A program made the position numbers and the translations under genes. From Eledone cirrhosa (taxonomy: Eukaryota): 64,000 nucleotides of DNA. Of the stretch, positions 11,721 to 25,011 are shown one piece after another. The notes beneath the pieces are model-generated. The model ran no database searches. It was not told the DNA's origin and worked only from the letters and a program-made list of their open reading frames with translations. Each line of letters starts with the position of its first letter. Position 1 is the first letter of the stretch. The stretch spans positions 53,196,001-53,260,000 of the forward strand of contig OZ024750.1 in NCBI GenBank assembly GCA_964016885.1. Direction: 5' to 3'.

Positions 11721-13602
11721 TCATCATCATCATCATCATCATCAGCGTTTAACGTCCGTGTTCCACGCTTGCATGGGTTTGGACGGGGGTAGTCCCACTT
11801 GAGGCAAGAGTGATTGTCTTGCTCGCATAGGACTGTCTGGCAGGTTTTCTACAGTTGGATGCCCTTCCTAACACCAACCACATTTACAGTGTGGGTCTGG
11901 GAGGTTTTTACCGTGTTGCCTACACGGCCACATTACAGCGTGGACTGTGTGTTTTTTTGTCGTGACACCTACACGATCTCATTTGTTTCGGCCTCGATGG
12001 CGCGGCACCAACATAACTTTACATAGAACGGGGTGGTGTGGATCGGGTGGGGGTGGTGGGACGGGGTGTATTTGTTAGAGATGCCTACTGGCTGGAGTAG
12101 GTTTTACTATATATTTAGGTAAGGCGGGTCTTCTCTGTTACTGAGTACCGCCAAAGGTCTCGGTCCAGTGACATTGTCTTGGAGAGGTGTAAGTGTGTGA
12201 TGTCGGAGTTTATCAGCTCGTCCCAGGTTTTTCTAGGTCTGCCTATTCCGTGACTACCGTCTATCTTTATTGCCCTGCACTTTGTTATACAGCTATCGAC
12301 TTTCATGCGCATCACGTGTCCATACCAACGTAGCCTTCTCGCGAGTAAACAACATCTGATCCCTCTTATCTCTAATTTATTCCTTAGTTCGTTTATGCTT
12401 TGCCGTTCACGTATATTACTGTTACACATCCAGCGGAGCATGCAAGCTTCGTTCCTCTCTAGTCTGCGTATATCCTCTGCACACAATGCCCAGGTCTCAC
12501 TGCCATGCAGCATTGCTGTTCGTATGCAGGCATCGTACAACCTGCCTTTCATTTTTAGTGAGAACCCTTTAGCAGCTAATAGTGGTATAAGCTCTCTGAA
12601 CTTTTTCCAACCAGTTCTGACTCTAGCTACAGTACTTTCAGAGCACCCTCCCCCACTGCTGATTTTATCGCCCAGGTAACGGAAGCTGTCCACTATTTCT
12701 ATAGAACCCTCTGCGCAATTGAAAGAGCTAGTAGTTTGTGGGCACTTGCTGCTACTTATTGCACCAGAGCACCGGCCACATGTAAAATCTATGTTCTTAG
12801 TTAGCCTACCTGTGATCCCACTACATCTTTTATGCACCCATACTTTGCATTTAGGACATAAAATGGAGTTTCTACCTACGCCTTTCCTACACACCGAGCA
12901 CGACCATTTCCCAGAAGGGACCGCCGCCTTGTTTTCTTTCCTACAAACTAGTACTTTGGTCTTAGCCAGGTTAATTTTAAGTCCTTTTGACTCTAGGCCG
13001 TGCTTCCATGTTTGGAATTTCTTCTCTAGCTCGGCCATTGATTCCGCTATGAGTGTCAGGTCGTCTGCGTATAGGAGTTCCCATGGGCAGCCTGTCTTGA
13101 ACTCCTCTGTTATGGCCTGAAGGGCAATAATAAATAGTAGTGGACTGAGAACAGAGCCCTGATGGACGCCGACTTTTACGCTAAACTCTTCACTATATTC
13201 GTTGTTAATTCTAACCTTGCTGACTGTTTCTTTATACATGGCTTGTATAGCCCTCACAAGCCATTCGTCAACGCCTAGTTTTCTAAGAGCCCACCAGATA
13301 ATGGAGCGGGGGACTCTGTCGAAGGCTTTCTCCAAGTCGACAAAAGCTAAGTAGAGGGGTTTACCTTTAGCTAGGTACTTCTCTTGTAGTTGTCGTACTA
13401 TGAAAAGAGCGTCTGTGGTACTTTTGCCTGACACAAACCCGAACTGCATTTCATCTAGGTCAATTCTCTCTCTGATTAGTTGCGCTATTACTCTTTCCGT
13501 GACCTTCATGACCTGGTCGATTAATTTAATGCCTCTATAGTTACTCCTATCTAGGGCGTCTCCTTTACCCTTATAACAGTTAACGATGATGCTGCTATGC
13601 CA
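11721..13602 (-). mobile_element. 5'-truncated RTE-clade LINE; uninterrupted RT ORF 12115-13509 with PHD-type finger
   Basis: QFGF, FVDLEKAFD, GVHQGSVLSP, LLYADD, FRYLG, HGSETW, RRLRWYGH, GRPRKTW motifs; 3' UTR and (GAT)n tail. Confidence 0.95.
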
Positions 13603-14258
13603 ATGTATATATATGTATATATATATATGTATATGTACATATATATATGTATATGTATATATATATGTATATATATATGTATATATATATGTATATATAT
13701 ATATATATGTATATATATATTAATAAGAGGAATTCCAACTTTGTCTGATTTACTCGTTTTATTTACAATCCTTTAAAATATATATAATATGGTATTATAA
13801 TGAAATAGTATGATATAATATTAAATTCTAAGTGTTAATATATGTATATACATGTATATATATATGTATATGTATATATATGTATATATATATGTATATA
13901 TATGTATATGTATATATATATGTATATGTATATATATATGTATATATATGTATATATATATATATGTATGTATATGTATATATATATGTATATGTATATG
14001 TATATATATATGTATATATATATATATGTATATATATGTATGTATATATATATGTATATATATATGTATGTATATGTATATATATATGTATATATATGTA
14101 TATGTATATATATATGTATATATATGTATGTATATATATATGTATATATATGTATATGTATATATATATATGTGTATGTGTATATATATATGTATTTATA
14201 TGTATATATATATGTGTATATGTATATATGTATATATATATATATATGTATGTGTATA

Positions 14259-14307
<49 letters not shown>

Positions 14308-14860
14308 GTATGTGTATATATGTGTATATGTATATATGTGTATGTGTATATATATGTATATATATATATATATGTATATATATGTGTATATATATGTGTA
14401 TATATATGTGTATATATATGTGTATATATATGTGTATATATATGTGTATATATATGTATATATATATGTGTATATATATGTATATATATATGTGTATATA
14501 TATGTATATATATATGTGTATATATATGTATATATATATGTGTATATATATGTATATATATATGTGTATATATATGTATATATATATATATATATGTGTA
14601 TATATATGTATATATGTATATATATATGTGTATATATATGTATATATATATATATATATGTGTATATATATGTATATATGTATATATATATATATATATA
14701 TGTGTGTAGATAGCAGCTGTTTTCAGGTTATGTAACTGTCATAGAAACACGTGTCAATAAATTCCTTTCAACTAAACTGTATCCATTCAAATCTTTCTAT
14801 GTATGTGTATATATATATGTGTATATATATATATGTGTATATATATATATATATATATGT
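13603..14860. repeat. (TA)n/(TATG)n microsatellite field with two short unique islands
   Basis: Directly visible. Islands at about 13720-13838 and 14710-14800. Confidence 0.95.
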
Positions 14861-14861
14861 A

Positions 14862-16018
14862 CAGGGTGGGGCATAAAAACTGTTACAAAATAAAATGCAA
14901 ATAGTTCTTGAAAAAAACATTTATTTCAAGGTCTGACTTCAACAAATAGTAAGTAATATACTATTAAACAACTGCATAAAAATTTATTCGAAATGCTTTC
15001 CTCTAACTCTCACCACCGCTGGAAGTCTTCTTGGAAAGTCTTCGATGACTGCACGAACTGTTTCCATGGGTATTTTCTCCCATACTTTATTCAGTTTTGA
15101 TTTTAGAGTTTCAATATTTTGGCTAGGAGTAGAGCAGGTTTCACTCTCAAGAATTGGCCATAAAGAAAAATCGAGAGGGTTGCGATCTGGTGATGTGGGA
15201 CGCCACTCTTTCTTACTGATCCATGCAGGACAATGGTCTCTACACCACTGTTGTGTTATGCAAGCAGTGTGGCTCGTCGCTCCATCTTGTTGGAGAGTCC
15301 AAATATCATCGCCATAAACAGATGTGCGCCGTGGCATCAGTGCTCCTTCCAAAATATCCTTTATGTAAAGTTCTTTGTTAATTTTAACTCCTTGAGGCAC
15401 AAAAATCAGAGGAGACTTCCCTCTTTCAGAAATGGCTGCCCAAACCATCACTGATGCTGGTTTCTGTGTTCTGAACACTTTTCCTACACTTGAAGGAATT
15501 GATTTGAAACTTTTTGCAAGTACTCGATCATTTTGATGATTGTGAGACTGCTGCACAGTGAATAACTTCTCATCTGTAAAGATGATGTTTTGCAGCGTGC
15601 CATCCTTGATACAGTTCAATAACAGTTTACTTCTGGAGAGCCGCTTTTCAATTGTGGCTGCAGAAAGAAGCTCCCTCTTTTGGAACTTATAGGGTGACAT
15701 CCCCAGATCATCTCGACATATCATCCGCTTAGTTCTCGGCAATGTTTCTGCTTCTTCTGCCATTTTTCTCATGGACCTTTTTGGATTACGCCTTATTTTT
15801 CCCCTCACACTTTTAACGAGTTTTGGTGTTCTTGAGGTGCGAGGGCGTCTGGATCGAGGTCTGTCTTTGATCGAGGAAGTTTCCTTAAATCGATCGATTG
15901 TCCTTTTGATCAACATTCTATTGATCTTAAGAATTTCCCCCAGTTTAAATATCTCGGGTGGAGTCAGGCCTTTTTCATGCTTCTCTATTATGAATTTTCT
16001 TTTCAATTCTATGGACAT
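14862..16018 (-). mobile_element. Tc1/mariner superfamily, maT (DD37D) transposon; open 344-aa transposase, one terminus visible
   Basis: ORF 14984-16018 has an N-terminal HTH region, FTDEKLF, QQDGA and NPLDF, with 37 residues between the 2nd and 3rd Asp. Terminus TA|CAGGGTGGGGCATAAAAACTGTTACA at 14860-14887. No matching TIR found upstream. Confidence 0.9.
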
Positions 16019-16034
16019 TGCAAATTGTTAATGG

Positions 16035-16511
16035 ACAGGTGTGGTACAACCTGGATGTCAACCTTAAAAGATGACCTGCACAGGTGTGGTACAACTTGGA
16101 TGTCAACCTTAAAAGATGACCTGCACAGGTGTGGTACAACCTGGATGTCAACCTTAAAAGATGACCTGCACAGGTGTGGTACAACCTGCATGTCAACCTT
16201 AAAAGATGACCTGCACAGGTGTGGTACAACCTGCATGTCAACCTTAAAAGATGACCTGCACAGGTGTGGTACAACCTGGATGTCAACCTTAAATGATGAC
16301 CTGCACAGGTGTGGTACAACCTGGATGTCAACCTTAAATGATGACCTGCACAGGTGTGGTACAACCTGCATGTCAACCTTAAAAGATGACCTGCACAGGT
16401 GTGGTACAACCTGCATGTCAACCTTAAAAGATGACCTGCACAGGTGTGGTACAACCTGCATGTCAACCTTAAATGATGACCTGCACAGGTGTGGTACAAC
16501 CTGGATGTCAA
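16035..16511. repeat. 45-bp minisatellite, about 10.5 copies
   Basis: Unit ACAGGTGTGGTACAACCTGGATGTCAACCTTAAAAGATGACCTGC; copies near-identical. Confidence 0.97.
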
Positions 16512-16620
16512 GCACCAACCTATGCCAGAGACAGGGTTGGCTGTGTATAGTGGCCCATTGCTGTGAGACTGGAGGAATCAGATGAAATATACAACTGCAA
16601 CTTGCAGGAGGACTCTTGAC

Positions 16621-16884
16621 TAGGCATGTCAAACCGAGGGCCACATGGGTCACATATGTATTGTCTGAGGGCCACATGGGTCACATATGTGTTGTCTGAG
16701 GGCCACATGGGTCACATGTGTTGTCTGAGGGCCACACTCAACTAATTGCGTACATTACAACTCATTTTTTAAATTTTATATTATGAAGATAAAACATGCT
16801 CTCGCTGTAAAAATCTTTGTGCAGGCTGCAGGTGTGCTTGTAAAGGGCCATCTGCAGCCCACGCCCACTTGTTTGACATACCTG
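16621..16884. mobile_element. hAT-type MITE with internal ~30-bp tandem repeat
   Basis: TIRs TAGGCATGTCAAAC / GTTTGACATACCTG. Exact 8-bp TSD CTCTTGAC at 16613-16620 and 16885-16892. GAGGGCCACATGGGTCACATATGT..TGTCT repeated about 3.5 times inside. Confidence 0.9.
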
Positions 16885-18049
16885 CTCTTGACTATTTTAA
16901 TGACACAGTCTAGTCTTATGTTATCATTGGTGACAGAAGGTGGAATTTGAATTTATAGCAGACTGCTGAAACAGATATTGCTTGATATACCCTCTCTTAC
17001 ATTAACTGTTCTGGTTGACCCTGAAATGATGACAGATTTGAATTCAAAAGTAGAGAGACCTGGAAAAAACACCACAAGACATTTGCTCCTCCAATGCTCT
17101 AACAATACAACAATAGACCAATACAACATTCCAGCCAGGTACTTTATCTTTTTGCTATGAAAGAAGAACCACAACTTGGAGTAAAAGAGAGCTGGAAAAA
17201 ATACTGTAAAGAATTTGATCAGATGCCTAACTCTGCCAATTTTTTACCAATCTAAAAAATCCTACTTCCATATACTTACCTACATTGGATAGAATCTATT
17301 TTATTGTTGCTTTGACCTTTAACTACTCTGACACATACAAAGTCTCATTTCTCTGTCAGTCTGCCTCTAATTCTTATGCATCTATAGTTTACATTGAGTA
17401 TTTAGAGTTTCTACCTGTATATTGTACATGGCCATTTTCATGTTGGCACCAGGGTCTTGTCTTCTTATTTAAACTATAGTCTGTTTATTGACCCTCATGA
17501 AATTACCAAGGCAGGATTTAAACTATAGTCTGTTTATTGACCCTCATGAAATTACCGAGGCAGGATTTAAACAGTGGAAACAACTACTGCAAGATATTTA
17601 TTTGATATTGTAAAATCTGTGCCAATTTGCCACCAATTATAATACTCAGATATATCACACTTCCACAGTAGTTAGTAGGGAAATGTGTAGGCAGCCCCTC
17701 CCCCGTTTCTCATTTCAAATTAAAATGATCAATTAGAAATATTTGTTTAATTGTGGCATATCCTCTATTAAATGCTTTATTAATGTAGCATTTGGCTAGG
17801 ATTACAAAGGAAGTTGATTTTTATTTTATAGAACAATGTATATGTGTGTATTCACTTATTAATTAGCTGATTACTGTGTGTGTGTATGTATATTTGTGTG
17901 TACGTACATACACGTTGACTTTATTAGTGAGTTAAAGAAATGTGTATGTCTGTGCATGACTATTGTTGTCAGCAGAAGTGATAGTCCCTTGAAATTTCTC
18001 CACCCCATTTTTATTCTGCATACTATGCTTTCAGAACATCTTCTTCACT

Positions 18050-18420
18050 GCTATTTAGGTTGTCTAGGTAACAGAAGCTATCAACCACTTCTATGGAACC
18101 TCCAGAGCATTTGAAAAACATTTTTTTTACTGGTGTCCCGATTATTAACTACTTGTATGTATCCCTCATATGTCTCTGTCAGCCTGCTTATGATACACTC
18201 CATCACTTGTGCCCCCATAATTTATATTGAGTGCACTATATGGATTTATTACCTGCTCCTTTTTTTGTATATTGTATATGGCCATTTTCTTGCTGGCAGC
18301 TGGGTCTTGTCTTTCTTACTGAAATTATAGTCTTTGCTAAATCTACTTGGTGGCCTCCTGATTCTAAATTTTGTTTCTATGCCTGGAATTTCTTCTCAAC
18401 TATAAGTAATAGGTCATCAA
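18050..18420 (-). mobile_element. Old degenerate RTE LINE remnant
   Basis: CTAGGTAACAGAAGCTATCAACCACTTCTAT and TGGCCATTTTC...TGCCTGGAATTTCTTCTC align by eye with 12670-13030. A similar remnant lies at about 17300-17480. Confidence 0.6.
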
Positions 18421-18843
18421 CATGCAAGAGTTCTTGTGGACAGTTTATTTTAAAGTTTTGTGTTATAACCTACAGAACTATAATGAATAGTACCAGGGCT
18501 GAGAACCAACCTAGAGGGACACACTAAATTCCTCACTCTCCTGTCAACTCTACTCACAGCATCTTTCTACATGTCTTACACTTCCCCCAAAAGCTATTTA
18601 TCCACATCTACTTTTCCGAACTCTCTTGTTACCATATTTCTAATGAAAAACATTACTTGTGATTGAAAATAATCAAGTATTTAAATGGATTTAGTAACAT
18701 AACAAATTTTCTCACTATTATGTCAACTTTTCCATAGTGACATGGGCTGCATGGACCTTTTTGAGGCAATGCCCTTCCTGATGCCAACCCTTTTAGTTGC
18801 TTATGACACACAAGGATATAATGTGCCTATTTTAAACTGGATG

Positions 18844-19028
<185 letters not shown>

Positions 19029-19339
19029 AATATAGGTAGTTATCCCTAGTTGACTTTCTAATCTTAGTAAGTTAGTAACAAGATATAATGAAGTTACATT
19101 TCTCCAACTCTGATTTCATCTAAAGTTATATGATTTCTTTACATAAGATCTCTTAAACATATCTAGTTTACTTTGTTGTATAATCAGTTTGTCCAAGCAA
19201 GACAGTCATAAGATGCTGCATGCTACAACACTTTAAATTATCATTGAACCCACTACAATACAGCTAAGATTAGACAACAATTGTGGAGTCAGCTGTAAGA
19301 CTATGTCATTATTTAATAGTATTTTTATTATTATTAGTA

Positions 19340-19545
19340 GTAGTAAGGTTGTAAAATTAGCAAAATCATTAAAGTATCAAACAAAATGTCTTGAGGTATT
19401 TAGTTATGACACTTTGTTTCTGAGTTCAAATCCTGTCACGGTCAGCTTTACTTTTCATCATTCTGGGGTTGATAAAATAAAGTACCAGTCAAGAACTGGC
19501 ATTGATCCACTTCCCCTCCTCACAAATTGTTGCTTTAGAAACTGT
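19340..19545 (+). mobile_element. Degenerate SINE
   Basis: TTCTGAGTTCAAATCC...CTTTTCATCATTCTGGGGTTGATAAAATAAAGTACCAGT core. Confidence 0.7.
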
Positions 19546-19882
19546 TAACATTAGTGGTAATACTTTAATATGGTTATCACCAGACCCACACAGTGTTGGT
19601 AATTGGTGCAGGCTAAATGTGAAATGTAGGTTTCACAAAGCTGTTTATAAACGCAGGCTAAATGTGAAATATAGGCTCCAAAAAAACAGACAAGCCCATG
19701 CCAGATGTGAAATGTAGGCTCACTCAAAGCAGTTAAATAGACCCAAGCCAGATATGGAATATAAGCTCCGCCAAAGCTGGTAATAAGCCAAAACTAGGCT
19801 TTAAATTTAGGCTCCCCCAAAGTTGGTTATAGATGTAGGCCACTCTCACGTTTCTCAACCTCACTGTTTCATATGGTGGTTT

Positions 19883-22800
19883 GAAAATATACAGTTTATA
19901 GAAAATATACAGTTTATAGAAAATATACAGTTTATAGAAAAATATACAGTTGATAGAAAATATACAGTTTATAGAAAATATACAGTTTATAGAAAATATA
20001 CAGTTTATAGAAAATATACAGTTTATAGAAAATATACAGTTTATAGAAAATATACACTTTATAGAAAATATACACTTTATAGAAAATATACAGTTGATAG
20101 AAAATATACAGTTGATAGAAAATATACAGTTGATAGAAAATATACACTTTATAAAAAATATACAGTTGATAGAAAATATACAGTTGATAGAAAATATACA
20201 GTTGATAGAAAATATACAGTTGATAGAAAATATACAGTTGATAGAAAATATACAGTTTATAGAAAATATACAGTTGATAGAAAATATACAGTTGATAGAA
20301 AATACACACTTTATAGAAAATATACAGTTTATAGAAAATATACAGTTGATAGAAAATATACACTTTATAGAAAATATACAGTTTATAGAAAATATACAGT
20401 TTATAGAAAATATACACTTTATAGAAAATATACACTTTATAGAAAATAAACAGTTTATAGAAAATATACAGTTGATAGAAAATAAACACTTTATAGAAAA
20501 TAAACACTTTATAGAAAATATACAGTTTATAGAAAATATACAGTTTATAGAAAATATACAGTTTATAGAAAATATACACTTTATAGAAAATATACAGTTT
20601 ATAGAAAATATACACTTTATAGAAAATATACAGTTGATAGAAAATATACAGTTGATAGAAAATATACACTTTATAGAAAATATACACTTTATAGAAAATA
20701 TACAGTTGATAGAAAATATACAGTTGATAGAAAATATACAGTTTATAGAAAATATACAGTTGATAGAAAATACACACTTTATAGAAAATAAACAGTTTAT
20801 AGAAAATATACAGTTGATAGAAAATATACAGTTGATAGAAAATATACACTTTATAGAAAATATACAGTTTATAGAAAATATACAGTTGATAGAAAATATA
20901 CAGTTGATAGAAAATATACAGTTTATAGAAAATATACAGTTTATAGAAAATATACACTTTATAGAAAATATACAGTTTATAGAAAATATACACTTTATAG
21001 AAAATATACAGTTTATAGAAAATATACAGTTGATAGAAAATAAACACTTTATAGAAAATATACAGTTGATAGAAAATATACACTTTATAGAAAATATACA
21101 GTTTATAGAAAATATACAGTTGATAGAAAATAAACACTTTATAGAAAATATACAGTTGATAGAAAATATACAGTTGATAGAAAATATACACTTTATAGAA
21201 AATATACAGTTGATAGAAAATATACAGTTTATAGAAAATATACAGTTTATAGAAAATATACAGTTGATAGAAAATATACAGTTGATAGAAAATACACACT
21301 TTATAGAAAATAAACAGTTTATAGAAAATATACAGTTGATAGAAAATATACAGTTGATAGAAAATATACACTTTATAGAAAATATACAGTTGATAGAAAA
21401 TATACAGTTGATAGAAAATATACACTTTATAGAAAATATACAGTTTATAGAAAATATACAGTTGATAGAAAATATACACTTTATAGAAAATATACAGTTG
21501 ATAGAAAATATACAGTTGATAGAAAATATACAGTTTATAGAAAATATACACTTCATAGAAAATATACAGTTGATAGAAAATATACAGTTGATAGAAAATA
21601 TACAGTTGATAGAAAATATACAGTTGATAGAAAATATACAGTTGATAGAAAATATACAGTTGATAGAAAATATACACTTTATAGAAAATAAACAGTTTAT
21701 AGAAAATATACAGTTGATAGAAAATAAACACTTTATAGAAAATAAACACTTTATAGAAAATATACAGTTTATAGAAAATATACAGTTTATAGAAAATATA
21801 CAGTTTATAGAAAATATACAGTTTATAGAAAATATACAGTTTATAGAAAATATACAGTTTATAGAAAATATACACTTTATAGAAAATATACAGTTGATAG
21901 AAAATATACAGTTGATAGAAAATATACACTTTATAGAAAATATACAGTTGATAGAAAATATACAGTTGATAGAAAATATACAGTTGATAGAAAATATACA
22001 GTTTATAGAAAATATACAGTTGATAGAAAATACACACTTTATAGAAAATAAACAGTTTATAGAAAATACACAGTTGATAGAAAATATACAGTTGATAGAA
22101 AATATACACTTTATAGAAAATATACAGTTTATAGAAAATATACAGTTTATAGAAAATATACAGTTGATAGAAAATAAACACTTTATAGAAAATATACAGT
22201 TTATAGAAAATATACAGTTTATAGAAAATATACACTTTATAGAAAATATACAGTTTATAGAAAATATACACTTTATAGAAAATATACAGTTTATAGAAAA
22301 TATACAGTTGATAGAAAATAAACACTTTATAGAAAATATACAGTTGATAGAAAATATACACTTTATAGAAAATATACAGTTTATAGAAAATATACAGTTG
22401 ATAGAAAATAAACACTTTATAGAAAATATACAGTTGATAGAAAATATACACTTTATAGAAAATATACAGTTGATAGAAAATACACAGTTGATAGAAAATA
22501 TACAGTTGATAGAAAATATACAGTTTATAGAAAATATACAGTTGATAGAAAATATACAGTTGATAGAAAATACACACTTTATAGAAAATAAACAGTTTAT
22601 AGAAAATATACAGTTGATAGAAAATATACAGTTGATAGAAAATATACACTTTATAGAAAATATACAGTTGATAGAAAATATACACTTTATAGAAAATATA
22701 CAGTTTATAGAAAATATACAGTTGATAGAAAATATACACTTTATAGAAAATATACAGTTGATAGAAAATATACAGTTGATAGAAAATATACAGTTTATAG

Positions 22801-23597
22801 AAAATATACACTTCATAGAAAATATACAGTTGATAGAAAATATACAGTTGATAGAAAATATACAGTTGATAGAAAATATACAGTTGATAGAAAATATACA
22901 GTTGATAGAAAATATACACTTTATAGAAAATATACACTTTATAGAAAATATACAGTTTATAGAAAATATACAGTTGATAGAAAATATACAGTTGATAGAA
23001 AATATACAGTTGATAGAAAATATACAGTTGATAGAAAATATACACTTCATAGAAAATATACAGTTGATAGAAAATATACAGTTGATAGAAAATATACAGT
23101 TGATAGAAAATATACAGTTGATAGAAAATATACAGTTGATAGAAAATATACACTTCATAGAAAATATACAGTTGATAGAAAATATACAGTTGATAGAAAA
23201 TATACAGTTGATAGAAAATATACAGTTGATAGAAAATATACACTTCATAGAAAATATACACTTCATAGAAAATATACAGTTGATAGAAAATATACAGTTG
23301 ATAGAAAATATACAGTTGATAGAAAATATACAGTTGATAGAAAATATACAGTTGATAGAAAATATACAGTTGATAGAAAATATACACTTTATAGAAAATA
23401 TACAGTTGATAGAAAATGTACACTTCATAGAAAATATACACTTTTTAGAAAATATACACTTTATAGAAAATATACAGTTGATAGAAAATGTACACTTTAT
23501 AGAAAATATACACTTTATAGAAAATATACAGTTGATAGAAAATATACACTTTATAGAAAATATACACTTCATAGAAAATATACAGTTTATAGAAAAT
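19883..23597. repeat. 18-bp satellite, about 205 copies
   Basis: Unit ATAGAAAATATACAGTTT with variants ending CAGTTG, CACTTT, CACTTC. Gives the IENIQF pseudo-ORF. Confidence 0.98.
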
Positions 23598-24185
23598 GAG
23601 ATACTGTTGATATTGGTGTTTTTATTGGAATAAAATATGATTGGAATTGATCAATTTTCAAACTGACATTGAAACGTGTAGGACAAAATACCAAATGTTT
23701 GAACTGTAAGAGCATCTGATATACTGCCTTCTCATGTGGTTTAAGATCACCTGGTTGTTGGCTGTCTGTACTGGAGTATACTCTATTGTGGTCAGCTTGA
23801 GAGTACCTTGTACCTTTTTCCTTACTCAGGGGTCCTGAAATGGGACATGGGCACAGGCTTCCCTGACTAAATTTTGCTAATGTTGTAGGAGGTAATTAAT
23901 GTATTTTACTAATTACAACTGAAAACCCCCTGTAATGATTCTATTTTGAAAGTTTTTGAGGGATAAATACAGTAATGTGGTTAAAGAATTTTGGTAATTA
24001 GTATGTCAGGAAGTAACTTGCCTGCAGACCTTCATCTTCAGAAAAATTCTAACCCCTGCTAATTAAGTCACCTAGGTAAAAGAAGCTATGAACCACTTCT
24101 ATGGACCCTTCCTATGACTTGAAGAGGTTTGTATCACTGGCTACTTGATTACTCTTGTGAATCTTCTACATATTACGTCTGCCTT

Positions 24186-25011
24186 TCCTGTTAGTCTGTT
24201 ATCCTACTACATCTGTTGTGTACCCAAGATATTCCCATTAACTCCTGTTAGTCTGTTATCCTACTACATCTGTTGTAAACCCAACATATACCCATTAACT
24301 CCTGTTAGTCTGTTATCCCACTGCATCTGTTGTGTACCCAACATATACCCATTAACTCCTGTTAGTCTGTTATCCCACTACATCTGTTGTATACCCAACA
24401 TATACCCATTAACTCCTGTTAGTCTGTTATCCCACTACATTTGTTGTATACCCAACATATACCCATTAACTCCTGTTAGTCTGTTATCCTACTACATCTG
24501 TTGTGTACCCAACATATACCCATTAACTCTTGTTAGTCTGTTATCCTACTACATCTGTTGTGTACCCAAGATATACCCATTAACTCATGTTAGTCTGTTA
24601 TCCTACTACATCTGTTGTGTACCCAAGATATACCCATTAACTCCTGTTAGTCTGTTATCCCACTACATCTGTTGTATACTCAACATATACCCATTAATTC
24701 CTGTTAGTCTGTTATCCTACTACATCTGTTGTATACCCAACATATACCCATTAACTCCTGTTAGTCTGTTATCCTACAACATCTGTTGTGTACCCAAGAT
24801 ATACCCATTAACTCCTGTTAGTCTGTTATCCTACTACATCTGTTGTATACCCAAGATATACCCATTAACTCCTGTTAGTCTGTTATCCTACTACATCTGT
24901 TGTATACCCAACATATACCCATTAACTCCTGTTAGTCTGTTATCCCACTGCATCTGTTGTATACCCAAGATATACCCATTAACTCCTGTTAGTCTGTTAT
25001 CCTACTACATC
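24186..25011. repeat. 57-bp minisatellite, about 14.5 copies, continuous with an RTE remnant at about 24065-24230
   Basis: Unit CCTGTTAGTCTGTTATCCTACTACATCTGTTGTGTACCCAAGATATACCCATTAACT. Confidence 0.95.

Noticed and set aside
14715-14760. GAAAC-ACGT-GTC minimal hammerhead stem III
   Set aside because: The CTGANGA core is missing upstream. At most a dead remnant.
15975-16677. Repetitive ORFs and CRISPR-like look of the 45-bp array
   Set aside because: Head-to-tail near-identical units with no unique spacers and no cas genes; eukaryotic context.
19733-23633. 1169-1279 aa ORFs (IENIQF, SINCIF, YQLYIF repeats)
   Set aside because: The 18-bp unit is stop-free in several frames on both strands. 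No splice or codon evidence for coding.
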